A DNA stretch of 64,000 nucleotides from Tubulanus polymorphus. Its lineage: Eukaryota > Animalia > Nemertea. A program made the translations under genes and the position numbers. The stretch's first letter is position 1. Each line of letters starts with the position of its first letter. Below, piece by piece: positions 1 through 13,197 of this stretch. Under the pieces are notes generated by a model. It ran no database searches. It was given only the letters and a program-made list of their open reading frames with translations, and had not been told where the DNA came from. The DNA is taken from assembly GCF_964204645.1 (NCBI RefSeq), contig NC_134031.1:12588088-12652087 (forward strand). The letters are read 5' to 3'.

Positions 1-930
1 CAACGCCCCTGGTGACCATATAGAATAACTAATTTCCTTAAAACTCACCACAAACATAGACGATGTCATGAGCTACAACTTTGCAATTGATTGTGGTAAC
101 AAAATATGTATTGCTAGAAATATAATATAGAAATACTAAGATATTGTATTATTCAACGCCCCCTGGTGGCCATATACAAAAACCAATGGACTTGAAACTG
201 CTTTATGTGTCGAGAACAGGATGTTTATGTAAATATGTCAGTAACCATATAGTGTTCACTCCCCCTTAGCCTATGTAGCGAATCATCATATGCGCATGTG
301 CAGTCGGGACAGGTCGTTAGCCCGTGTGTGACCGAAATAAACGAGTATCTTATGATGTGTAGACTGAACCCGTCGTGTTTTTAGTCTTTCTCTTCTTTTA
401 TCTCCGAACCTGGTCTTCTTTGTGACTCGCAACGCCACATTATGCTTAGGTATCAATATAATGGCGAAAAACCTTTTCCCAACTACGAAAGAGGACTAAT
501 AACACCAAGATGGCCGCCAATTGCGCCATAATTGGCTGATCAAAAAAACCTCTCTCTGGTATAAAACATCCCTTTCAAAAGAATACCCATCAGCAATTGC
601 AATGAGAAATTGCAAACCAGTAGGAAGCTACAGGACTCAGAATTCGGAACAAAATTAACATTTTTGGGCACTTAAAAGGTTCTAGGACGACCATCTTGAG
701 TCCGATCAACCCAATTTAGAAACAGCAATGGCTGCCAGTCGGCCATCTTGTTTCTGACAGGGCCAGTTTTTGGGCTGAAGATGTGTCTAGGGTAGATACA
801 TGTATAAACCAAATATCAAGACATTACATTGAAGCGTCTTCAAAACATTCCCAAAATAACTGGATTCCATCTACGGACGGACAGACGAAAAGTGAACGCA
901 ATAGCCCGCTGGGACTTAAGTCCCAAGTAC
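1..930. mobile_element. Non-autonomous interspersed repeat (HINE/DINE-like) with internal ~130-bp tandem units, partial copy
   Basis: CAACGCCCCCTGGTGACCATA units, GACG/GACA microsatellite and terminal hairpin CTGGGACTTAAGTCCCAAG, shared with copies at 6458-9335 and 11375-11532. Confidence 0.65.
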
Positions 931-1313
931 CAACCGGTGGGTTTATGGACCTTTTGAACGTGGAAGTAAGTAAAACTACGAGAAAACTGCTGGCTTAGGT
1001 GGGGTTTAGTGGTCCTCAAGGGGTTCTTGGCGCATCTGAGGTCCATTATCCAGCATTGACTATTGACAAAATAAGTCTGCTTGCTACCACGCGCTGTAGA
1101 TCGTTTGTTGTTTATGTCTGGAGTCAATGAAAAGGATAGCTGCGACAATATCCAAATCTTAGATACATATAAAGGTATACATATAAATCGGATTTGGTTG
1201 TTTTTAATTTCCAAAAATCGGAAAACTTTCGGGATGACATAATCAGCAGAATAATTATTCAACTACAGTAGGTTCTCTGGCAGAATGTATCAACGGGGAT
1301 TTCAGAATATTAC

Positions 1314-1445
1314 CTGATTAAATTCAAGTATATCCAGTAAATCAAACATTTTTCTGTTCTTCTCATTATCCTTCAACTTGACGTAATGCTGTTGTAAACC
1401 ATGCAGAGTCAACTTTGAATCATCATCAACATAGACTTCCATCGG
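1314..1445 (-). CDS. DDX39: DDX39 coding exon 5; remaining exons lie outside the window to the left
   Basis: [44 protein letters not shown]; AG/GT boundaries, 132 nt. Confidence 0.95.
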
Positions 1446-2459
1446 CTGAAAAAAAAATCACTTCTAAGTATCAACATTTAGTATTGCATAAATTCTCATA
1501 TTCTAGAACTGGTTTTAAGTAAATTAAGGTCTGCATTGCATCAAATGAATGAAGAATAACACAACTGTCGAGGGTAGCTGTGCTGTTTACCAGCAGTTTA
1601 AAGACTCTCCCCAGAAAGGGAGACGCTAGCCGGATTATAACTCACAAGCACTCTAGCCAACTCATGCACCTAGACATAACATGAATTGTAGATATAAGCT
1701 TGAATAATTATCTCAATGTAGATATGAGCTTACACTGCATTATTCCTCTTCACCTTTATTTCTTATATTCACAATTGGAGTTTAAGACTCATAAATAAAT
1801 AAAATTCCTGCATTTATCTGTATTCCTCTGTCCAGATTGCGTGTACTCCATCCAGTTTACACTGCACACCAATATAACCATCAGCCACAGATAATCTCAA
1901 ACTAAGTCAGAACTGCCCCAAGACGCGAACATTTCAAATCATAACCAGCAGCAATGGAACAAGATTTTTTCTTCAGCCACCATCCTCAAGGATGATGGCC
2001 CCGAAATTTCGAAGGTTTTACGTATTGTAGAACTGGAAAGGGGACTTCATTTCTAATGGATATACGACCACATGGCATATTCTTAAGAACGCATTCAAAG
2101 AATTATATGGTCCTAGGATCATAATGCTGACTAAACATGAATTCTAAAAGATATTTTCATCTTACATTCATCATCTATCTAGGTGATATAGAATTCAAAT
2201 CTAGAGAAGGTTGAATGGCTAGAATGTACCACCCTAGCGAAATACATTTTGTTTTCTATGACAATACTGACGGCAAGATACAACTACTCAATGGGAGGCA
2301 AACGTCTTCTGCAATCTGTATGACACAGGATTCACTGGCTCCACACAAACACACGCACATGGCAGCAGATATAGGATACCACACATGAAAGACGAAGCAC
2401 TTTATGTAGCTTTGACATCGATTGGTGGTGTATTTAATGACATAACGCCATCGGTTTTA

Positions 2460-2624
<165 letters not shown>

Positions 2625-3787
2625 TTAGAAAATTTAGTTCCATGAACTTAAATGATATACTTAGTGTTCTCGCTGGATGAAAATAAAGCAGTCCTCACGA
2701 AATGGATAGGATATTTCATCCTTTTGGAAGTATTTTTGAATTAACCCATACCGCTGTATACTGTTGCTTCTCTTATACATGACAGGATTAACATAAATCA
2801 GTATTTCAAACCATGATCAAGAACAAACCCTGACAGCTACAGGGATCTGAGGGCCTTCAGCAAATCTGCTGAAATATTGATGATTACCAAATATTAACAC
2901 GTAGAAAATTGAACTAGTCAGTATCACAGCTAAGCGGGTGCCTGAGCGCGAGTGGGGGCCCCTTGAAGCTAGACAATTTTAGATTTTTTTCCACCCAAGA
3001 GAATGGTTTTGCGTGAAGATAGTGTATTTTTGCAGCTGCATTACTGGCTTTTTGATATAACATGTCACACCAGGGGGCCGCCATCTTGATTCTCACGTTA
3101 GCCTTGCGAGTTAGGAAATGTGATGGTTCGAATGCCCTCGACGTTCAATGTGATCACTAGGGGCCGACTCAGGTAAACTCTGTGAAATAGTGAGTAAATG
3201 GAAGAATAGTGGAGAACGACACTATGAGCTAATGGACTGGTTGCCTGTCTTAACACACATGTATCTCCTTAACTGTACGGCTCTACTCTCCGCTTTCACC
3301 TCTATACTGTCTTCTATATTGCACTGCACTATTGATTTTTTCAATGTTTATGTTACAACAACTATCTAATGATAGCGGCACCAAGTGAGCATCATTATTC
3401 TGAAGCCATCATCGCTAACAATGTCGATGCTGTAGTAATGAATTGGAAGAGCTCACCCTATCACCCCTCAATTTTTAGATCAAATTTACATCGATCTCAG
3501 AAACCACAAAACCATGGGCAAAACAGCGGATTTTTGTTACCGGCTGATTGGGGGAAGTAATGTATCATAGGAGCCTTATAGATGTGCTGCCGAATTCAAG
3601 TCAATAAATGTATCTCCCAGATCAGAGATTGAATAAATTTTCATGCAAAAATATATCCAACTTTGAATGTTAATTATAGTTACTAAGTCAATGCAATGTT
3701 TCATAGAATTCTCTTCTCGGTCTCTTCTCCGTCATAAAATTTTCATTTTTCACTTTTCATTTGAAAGTCAAAGAAAGATATATTTAC

Positions 3788-4064
3788 CTAAGGCTTCTAA
3801 CATTTTGTCACATTCATCGAGGATAAAATGTTTGAGATGTTTCAGATTAAGGACTTTCGACTTGCACAGCGCCAAAACTCTACCAGGGGTACCGACAACA
3901 ATGTGTGGACAGTTCTTCTTCAATACTTCTTCATCTTTCTTGATTGATATTCCTCCAAAGAATACAGCAATCTTAATGTTGTTCATGTATTTGCTAAAAC
4001 GCTCATACTCCTTGCTTATCTGGAATGCCAACTCCCTTGTGTGACACAACACCAAAACTGACAC
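3788..4064 (-). CDS. DDX39: DDX39 coding exon 3 (motif Ia to DECD box)
   Basis: [23 protein letters not shown]...VGTPGR...[13 protein letters not shown]; AG/GT boundaries; DECD is characteristic of UAP56/DDX39. Confidence 0.97.
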
Positions 4065-5512
4065 CTGTGCATATAGAATTAGAATATAGAACTACTGGAA
4101 AATGAGTGTGGTAGTTTGATTTAAACTCCTCATCGAGAACATTCATGGCTGCCAACTTCAAACCTTCCAGAATACCACTAAAATCTTAAGATTTCAGTAT
4201 CTCGTAGTTTTTACAGATTTTACTTATGCACAGCTCTCAACTCGAATTTCAGTTGGTGTGAAAAGTTGAGCTTAGAAATTTCAAAATCTAAAGCAATCTC
4301 TTTCCGCCTAGTCTTATACCTAGCCGTTGTTCCTGAAATAACGTCTAGGCTAAAGTGCTCATATAAGGTTAATTTTCGTCCCTCATTTTGAGGGACGAGG
4401 CTTTGAGCGTCTATTTTACCCCTTATAACACCATCAACTTACCGCAAACTGACTGTTCTGTAATCAGATAGAAGTTAACTATTGTTTGTGCATAAATTTG
4501 TAATCCTAAGTAGCTTTTGACAATCGTAGTAGCTATAAACTTTTGACTAGTCGCCTCAAAAAATAGTTGAAGTGAAGCAACATAACAAATATGGCGACTT
4601 TTCGTGGTGCATGATGGGAGTGTAAATTACGGATTCGAACTTACACTTGGACTGACATTGATGCCAATGCAGATATTAATCTTGTTTCAAATTATTAAGG
4701 TTAAAATTTACCAAAATTTATGCGTTTTATCAACAAAAAATAACATTTAGAGTAATTTTAGAGAGACATATTGAATTTTCACATTATATTAATTTAGTCC
4801 GTATTGGAAATCCCGATAGTGGCAATCAATTCAATTCAATTCAAATCAAATCAATAAATTCTCCGATTCGCGATTTAAATCGCCACAAATATTATTATAA
4901 AACACGTTTTCAAAGTCAACAAGGTAACTAATTTATTTATTTTAGTACAAAGGTTTGATTTGACACTAAAATCAGTTGTTGCATTGCAATTATCAGGAGT
5001 TAACCTCTATATGATACTTTAGCGTTAGACGTTGTAGGGAACCGTAACAACGACTGGTATTCAGACTACTTTCCGCCATGCACTAAGGAGGTTCAACTTG
5101 GAAACTCAGGGTTTTCCTGTGTTTTCCATATAATCCGTGTTTAATCTGTATATGTACATTGATACTGGCCCTAGAAATTAATTCATGTTAACTTCATACA
5201 TTTATGTGAGTGCAGATACAGATGTTTTAATAACAATTAGTTCATTTAGGGCCTATACTATATTTGATCGCAGATCACAATACTTTAGAGCTCAGGGTTT
5301 TCCTGCATTTTCCGTCATACAGGCTGGGCAGAAAACTCAACAAAATGTTAACTTCATACATTATATTTGTGTTTTAGGCCTATATGTGCAGAGCTATCCT
5401 TGGTGTATCAGGAGATTCTGATGCTTTACAGTGGCAGATTTTTAATAATTACAGTTAAGTTTATCAATGACTAATATTTTTCACCTCCTATTCTAATCCT
5501 GAAATCAGTTTA

Positions 5513-5749
<237 letters not shown>

Positions 5750-6457
5750 CTATATTAGGAAAATAGAAAATAAAATTTGTATTCGACCAGGAAATAGTTG
5801 ATAGCAAGAAGTTATTTTTTATGAACAACTTTTTTGTTTTGTTGTTCATATCAGGGTAATCATAATACTGACATCATAGGATATTCAAGCATTTTGTTTA
5901 CACCAGACCACTGGCGTGAGCTGACATGCATGTGGCTTCCCACAAGCATGCACACGATACATAGATCAGCCTGCTCTCACCGGGGCAAACTATACACTGA
6001 GCAAGTACCTTACTATACAGTACTACAAAAGCATGCGCTTTACTATACAGCAGCGCGCACTGCTGTGAAAATATTGATAACATTGAGTGTAAAATGATTT
6101 ATTTCATAATGCAGCCGATGAAAACGGCGGATATTGAAAAAGTCGGGAAATATTTTCAACTGGAGCCTGTTTGGCAAGGGCATTGCTTATGAAAAATCTT
6201 TTTAATTCATGAATTCAAATTTCTATTATTTTATTTTATCTTTCTGAAAGAATTATTTTGTAGTCAAATCGAGGCCACAAAAATACATTCGTTGACGGTA
6301 CACGTCCAAATTTTGTAGGGTACAGGTAGGCAGAAAAACTATTTCATATTCGGAAAAAATCAAATTCATACGATATCACAATCAGTGGGTGTATAAATAT
6401 TGAATATTGCCAACCCTTTGTATGACCACGGAATCTACGTAACATACCGGTACCATA

Positions 6458-9335
6458 AACAAGAAAGAAATTCTAGCTAAGGGTCCAGGGACACCATGCC
6501 CACCTGGGAAGTGGTTTCAAATGCTCAACAATCTAACAATTTCAATATTCAACACCCCCTGGTGACCATATACAGAACCAATGACCTTGAAACTAACCAC
6601 AATCATGGAACATGTCAGCAGCTACGATTTTGTAGATTGTGATATGCCTCGTTACCAATTTAATATGAAAATATTAAGTCATTGAATATGTCATGAGCTA
6701 CAACTTTGCAATTGGTCATGGTTACAAAATATGCCTAGGTACCAATCTAATAAGGAAATACTAAGTTATTCTACTATTCAACGCCCCCTGGTGACCATAT
6801 TCAAAACCCAATGTCCTTGAAACTCACCACAACCATTGAACATGTCATGAGCTACAACTTTGCAATTGGTCATGGTAACAAAATATGCCTAGGTACCATT
6901 CTAATAAGGAAATACTAAGTTATTCTACTATTCAACGCCCCCCTGGTGACCACATCAAATAACTAATGTATTTAAAACTCACCACAATCATAGACGATGT
7001 CACGAGCTACAACTTTGCAATTGATTGTGATAACAAAATTTGCATAGGTACGAACATAATATAGAAGTACTTAGTTATTTATGAACATAATATAGAAATA
7101 CTAAGTTATTCTATTATTCAATGCCCCCTGGTGGCCATATACAAAAACGTATGACCTTGAAACTCACTAAAATCATAGAACACATTATATGTATGGGCTA
7201 CAACTTTCTAATTGATTGTGATAACAAATTATGCTTAGGTATCAATATTCTGGAAAAACTTTTTCCCACCTACGAATGAATACTGATGACACTGCTAAGT
7301 TGGGCGCCTGTTGCACCATAATTGGCTGATCAAAAATACCTGTCTCAGGTATAAAACATCCCTTTTCAAAGAATACCCATCACAAATTGCAATGAGAAAT
7401 GGCAAACAAGTCGGAAGCTACAGGATTCAGACTTCGTGCCAAAATTGACATTTTTCGGCCTTAAAAAGGTCATAGGACGGTCCTTTTGAGTCCGATTCAC
7501 CAAATTTTCTCATGGTGATTGGCCCTTGGAAGATTCAAATATATACGAAAGATCAAGGTTATTGATCGCAGCGTCTTCAAAATTTTCCTCATAAGTGTAA
7601 AAAGTGCTGATTTTGGCGAACAACAATGGCTGCCAGTCGGCCATCTTGATTTTGACAGGGCCAGTTTTTGAGCTGGAGATGTGTCTAGGGTAGACACATC
7701 TTAGCCCAAATATCAAGACATTACATTGAAGCGTCTTCAAAACTTCCCAAAATGACTGGATTCCGTCTAGAGACGGACGACAAGTGAACGCAATAACCCG
7801 CTCGGACTAAAGTCCCAAGTGGACTAAAAGATGTAACGCCATTTTACATAATTGGCTCAATGCCAATTTAATATCGCTAACAAAGGCAAACCAAAAAAGA
7901 ATTTTTTTGAGGAATAAAAATCAGTAACTTTTAGCCAAACTAGGGGTCCAGGGACACCATGCCCACTTGGGAAGTGGTTCCAAATGCTCAACAATCTAAC
8001 AATTTCAATATTCAACGCCCCCTGGTGACCATATACAGAATCCAATGATATAATTTCGGAAGAGTATCCAGATAGTTAAATAATAATAAGAACGCAACTA
8101 TCACAATCTTCATGATGATAATGAGTTTATTTACATTTTCAGACGTTTTGATCGATTTCGACTCATCGCTTCGAGTCCTTTTCAAGAAATGACATGAAAA
8201 GATACAAACTATGTATAGTATACTGTTACTAATTACAGAGAATATCATGCAGGCGTGAAGTGGCCTAGTTTCTCTGTATTTAGTAACAGTATACTATACA
8301 TAGTTTGTATCTTTTCATGTCATTTCTTGAAAAGGACTCGAAGAGATGAGTTGAAATCGATCGAAAATTTGAAAATGTAAATAACTGATTATCATCATGA
8401 AGATTGTGATATTTGCGTTCTTATTATTATTTAAGAATCCAATGACCTTGAAACTCACCACAATCATAGAACATGTCAGCAGCTACAATTTTGTAATTGA
8501 TTGTGATAACAAAATATGCCTCGTTACCACTTTAATATGGAAATACTAAGTTATTCTACAATCCAACGCCCCCTGGTGACCATATAGAATAACTTATGGC
8601 CTTAAAACTTGCCACAATCATAGATGATGTCATGAGCTACAACTTCGCAATTGATTGTGGTTACAAAATATACATTGATACGAATATAATATATGAATAC
8701 TAAGATATTGCTTTATTCAACGCCCCCTGGTGGCCATATACAAAAACCAATGACCTTGAAACTCACCACAATCATAGAACACGTTATGAGCTACAGCTTT
8801 CTAAATGATTGTGGTAACAAAATACGCTTAGGTATCAATATAATGTGTAAAAACTTTTACGAACGAGTACTGCTGACACCAAGATGACAGCCAATTGCGT
8901 CATAATTGGCTGATGAAAAATACCTGTCTCAGGTATAAAACATCCCTTTCCAAAGAATACCCATCACAAATTGCAATGAGAAATGATAAACCAGTAGGAA
9001 GCTACAGGACTCAGAATTTTGGCCAAAATTAACATTTTTGGGCACTAAAAAGGTCATAGGACGGCCATCTTGAGTCCGATCGACCCAATTTTTGTTATGC
9101 TGATGGGCCCTGGGGGAATTCACATATATCCGAAAGATCAAGGTAATTGATCAAAGCGTCTTCAAAATTTCCCTCAAAAAGTTCGAAAATGTGTAAAAAG
9201 TGCTGATTTTGGCGAACAACAATGGCTGCTAGTTGGCCATCTTGATTCTGACAGGGCCTTGAAGCGTCTTCAAAACTTCCCAAAATAACTGGATTCCGTC
9301 TACGGACGGACGACGGATGAAAAGTGAACGCAAAA
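6458..9335. mobile_element. Two tandem copies of the same HINE/DINE-like repeat in a DDX39 intron
   Basis: Repeated ~130-bp units (CAACGCCCCCTGGTG...GAGCTACAACTTTGCAATTG); shared tail ending GACGGACG...AAGTGAACGCAA; copies ~6458-7830 and ~7880-9335. Confidence 0.7.
8076..8434. mobile_element. Foldback MITE nested in the repeat
   Basis: Long inverted arms TTAAATAATAATAAGAACGCAA...TTGCGTTCTTATTATTATTTAA; insertion bracketed by direct repeat GAATCCAATGA. Confidence 0.75.
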
Positions 9336-9984
9336 ATGCGATCGAATAACTTTTTGGACCATCAAATCAGAAATCTGGCGACTCTATGTTGTGGGGAATA
9401 ATTTAAACACTTTTTTTAGTCATTTTCAGCTGTTTCTAATGTTTTACGTGAATGGAGTGACAATTTGAAGTTACTATGAAAATGAGAAGAGTCGGCGCTA
9501 TTTTTTCGTACTACTATTTTCGATCTATTTTACTAGAATTGGCATGATGTCACAGACGTCAACCAATGCTAACAACAACCGTTATAGCCAATAGGCTATA
9601 CGAAAGGAACCTAGACTTTATTACTGCATTAAATGTGTGAAAATATCAGAGCCCAAGAAAGTTTCCAACAAAAGTTATCGACTCCCCAAGCAAGTTATCA
9701 ATCCGCGTGATAGGAATAAAAAAAAATATATTCTACCTACCTACCCATAAAAATCATACTAATCGGAAACAAAGACTTTTTTATTTTATGCCTGAGCCAA
9801 CATCATTTGCAATATATTACTGAATTCAGGCATGCAGTTTCATTCCATGGGATACCGGCATCAATACTGAGGGAAGCGAGATTCAGTGATAATCTGCCAG
9901 GGACGAATATGGTCTATTTCATTACAGAGACCAGGCGAGGGTCTGCAATTGTTTTAAGAACATATATATCTTTATTATACACAC

Positions 9985-10186
9985 CTTCAGAAGGATGTTC
10001 AAAACCACAGTCAACTATAGCGCGCAACAATTCAGGTTTTAGAAGGAAATCACGGAAACCAGAGCTGTGAATTGAGACATAGGTTCCCTTTACATCTTTT
10101 TTAGCAGGAGCATCTCCAGCTTCAGTAGTTTCCTGATCCTCTTCTTCATAGTCCAATAATTCATTTTCTACATCATTTTCAGCCAT
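9985..10186 (-). CDS. DDX39: DDX39/UAP56 DEAD-box RNA helicase, first coding exon (splice acceptor at ~10219, so exon spans 9985-10218)
   Basis: [17 protein letters not shown]...[32 protein letters not shown]; GT donor after 9985; upstream polypyrimidine-CAG acceptor. Confidence 0.96.
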
Positions 10187-10734
10187 TTTTCCCTTCAAAG
10201 CTATGTTCAGCAAGAAATCTGAAAAAAAAAATGTACTAGACCTAGTCTCAACAGGAGCCTAGTGACCACAGTTTGCAACGACAGGGCTTGAATTTGGGCA
10301 AATCTGCGATTTAGTCATTGATTGTGATAACAAAATATGCCTAGGTACCAATCTAATAAGGAAATACTATTCCACTATTCAACGCCCCCCTGGTTACCAT
10401 ATAGAATAACTATGTCCTTAAAGGGTAACCGACACTTTTTAAAAGATTTTCTACTTTTTACTCTAAACGATATATTATAGTATACAATAAGGCTAGGTGA
10501 TTTCGTAATTGGAACAAGAAAATTAACTTAAATAAATTATTTGACGCCTGCGAAAAAAATGTAGAATTTCTGGGATAAGCTAATGTGGAATTGCAAATTT
10601 GAAATCGAAGTTTTAAGAAATTTGGGGAATTAAGATTTGGCGATTGGGTAGATGATACAGCCTTCTTGTACCGTATGTACCTTTCCTCGAGAATTCTAAA
10701 GTTTCCCTTCGGTCACTAAATAAACAACTTATCT

Positions 10735-11138
10735 TTAAATACAATAATAAAACTTAGTAACATATTGATTAATAACAAACCGAAAACTGAATCCCTAAAC
10801 TGTGGAATTTATAAAATACCTTGTAAAGTTTGCGACGACGTATATATAGGAGAAACAGGTCGGAACCTTAATCAACGCATAAAAGAGCATAAGTTAGATG
10901 TAAAAACTTTAAACCTGAAAGCGGAGTTGCTAGTCATGTATTTCAGACTTCACACAATTTTGATTTCGCTAATGCTGAATTAATTTACCCTTGCAGCGAT
11001 AAAACTAAAAGACATATTTTGGAATCAGCATTAATAATTGAAAATTCTAACAATGTTGTAAACCTAAACAATGGTTTTTCACCCCATAATAAACTTATAT
11101 CTAAATTCCTCTGTAAACTGGTTAAACTCAACACTTGA
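10735..11138 (+). pseudogene. Penelope-like retroelement 3' fragment (GIY-YIG endonuclease), frameshifted
   Basis: GIYKIPCKVCDDVYIGETGRNLNQRIKEH, continuing in another frame SGVASHVFQTSHNFDF...ILESALI...NLNNG. Confidence 0.85.
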
Positions 11139-11374
11139 TTCCCCTTTGATTATTTGTTATTTGTTCTCTCATCTATTTTAGTCTCTCAACTTGTATTCAC
11201 CATTGTTTTAATTAAGTGCCCCCTAGTTTGTCTTTTTACTACTGATTTCAAGTTCTAATTTTTATTTATACTCACTATTGTTCTTTATTATTACCCCTTA
11301 GTTAGCTTCCCTTAATCTATTTTAGCGGGTAACTGTTTCTACGTTAATTTTCCTTTAGTTTGTATCTTTTAGTT

Positions 11375-11532
11375 TGATGTGTCTAGGGTAGATACATGTA
11401 TAACCCAAATATCAAGAAGTTACCTTGAAGCGTCTTCAAAACTTCCCAAAATAACTGGATTCCGTCTACGGACGGACGGACGACAAGTGAACGCAATAGC
11501 CCGCTGGGACTAAAGTCCCAAGTGGGCTAAAA
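11375..11532. repeat. 3' fragment of the HINE-like repeat
   Basis: GATGTGTCTAGGGTAGATACATG...GACGGACGGACG...GCCCGCTGGGACTAAAGTCCCAAGTGGGCTAAAAA. Confidence 0.75.
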
Positions 11533-12559
11533 ATGCAATTTCATGTAGGCCTATACACTATTGCTGGCTTTTTTCTGCCATTTTTTGCCTGCAACTGGTT
11601 TTCCAAATAATTTTGAAAGCCCTATCTGATTATTTTTGTTCATTGACAGGCATAGGTGTAAGGATGTACTGTGGTCAAGTGTGTCACTCATGGCAAGAGT
11701 GAAACATAGTTTCTAGTCTTCAATTGTAGTAGGGGGTACCTCGATTCTATGCAATTGCAATAGGGAACATTGCAGGTTGCCCCTAAAACGGACGTGAGTG
11801 CGTTATTATGTGCCCTTGCTCCAATGGAATCACGCGTAAAAATGCCCTTATTTGAAATCAGCACCCTGCCCTTTTTTAATGCTAGATGAAGCACTGCACC
11901 TCGTGCACCCCCCTTGTATCCGCCCCTGGAAAGTGCAATAGCGCCGTAAATTCATGCCTCACGCAACATGTCCAGGAAACTGGTGGAATAAGAATGGAAC
12001 TAGACTCTAGTTCCATTCTTAATGAGAAATAACGAAATAGTAAGCGACTGAAGTTGAGTAGTTTGTGAGCGTCGTTAGCCCCTTGTTATTTTATATATAC
12101 TATATACATTGGATTAACAGATTATCGTTTTTACATTACCTACAACTCTGATACGAGCCCCTGTGACTATTTTAGCTCAAACAACGATTCCCTGTTGCTT
12201 CACATAGAAAAAATATATATCAGTACCACTGAACTAAACTGTCCAATTATTCAATCATCGCTATCATTGAAATTTCCTGATTAACTCAGCCGAATACGAG
12301 ATGTTACGCGATATAAACTCACCAACAATATATAAACCAGAAGACGCCGTAAGATCGCTTCACCATCAAGCTTTGTCCGCAGCTAAATTCTGATTGGTCA
12401 GATAGTGTTTGACTGGTTCCAGACTACACCTAAAACCAGTCCTTAAAGTACGGAAGTACATTAGGAACATATGGGATACAATACAATCAATTCAACTATA
12501 TTTCAGAAACATATTCGAAGAATTCAACCAAAGTCTAGAGAGGCCAATGAAAACTTGAA

Positions 12560-13160
12560 AAAAAAAAGATTTCATAATAATATGCGATCGATCACCGCGT
12601 GGCCTTCGTAGAAAGACCACTGCCTGTGGCCTTCCAAAATTTTAATTGTCCTGTCCGATTTGGTTTCGTCCAATTGAGAGACTGCCTTTTCCAGTTAGGG
12701 CATTTTTGGATCAACTCAGGATATGACTTAACGCTTTTGGGCCCCTTAAGTTCCACATGTTTCATTTGAGCTACGGACCACAATGGTGACACCATGATGG
12801 TCAGAAACTGACCAATTGAGATATCCCCGAGTCTGAACACTTGACTTCGAATTTCTGAAATTTTTCAAGTCATGTTTGTTTTCAAACTACTGAGAAATCA
12901 TCATTGCAAATTCATAAACTGACCATCACTGACCACCACTGACCAATTCAAACTTCTCGAATATGAAAACTATATACCGCGTTATGGTGTCAAACTAGAA
13001 AGGATTCGCCATAGATAGAATTCATAAATTGGTCATCACTGACCACACCACTGACCAATTCATGCTTCTCGAATATGAGAACTATATACCACGTTAGAAA
13101 GGATTGGCCAATGAAAATTCATAAATTGACCATCACTGACCACCACTGACCAATTCATGA
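12560..13160. repeat. Long inverted-repeat arm with ~110-bp ACTGACCA subrepeats (inverse of 57905-58770)
   Basis: Reverse complement matches 57905-58770, including the CCGCGTGG-CTTCGTAGAAAGACCACTGCC block. Confidence 0.85.
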
Positions 13161-13197
13161 GATATGAATATTGAGATGAATATTGAGAAAGATATAC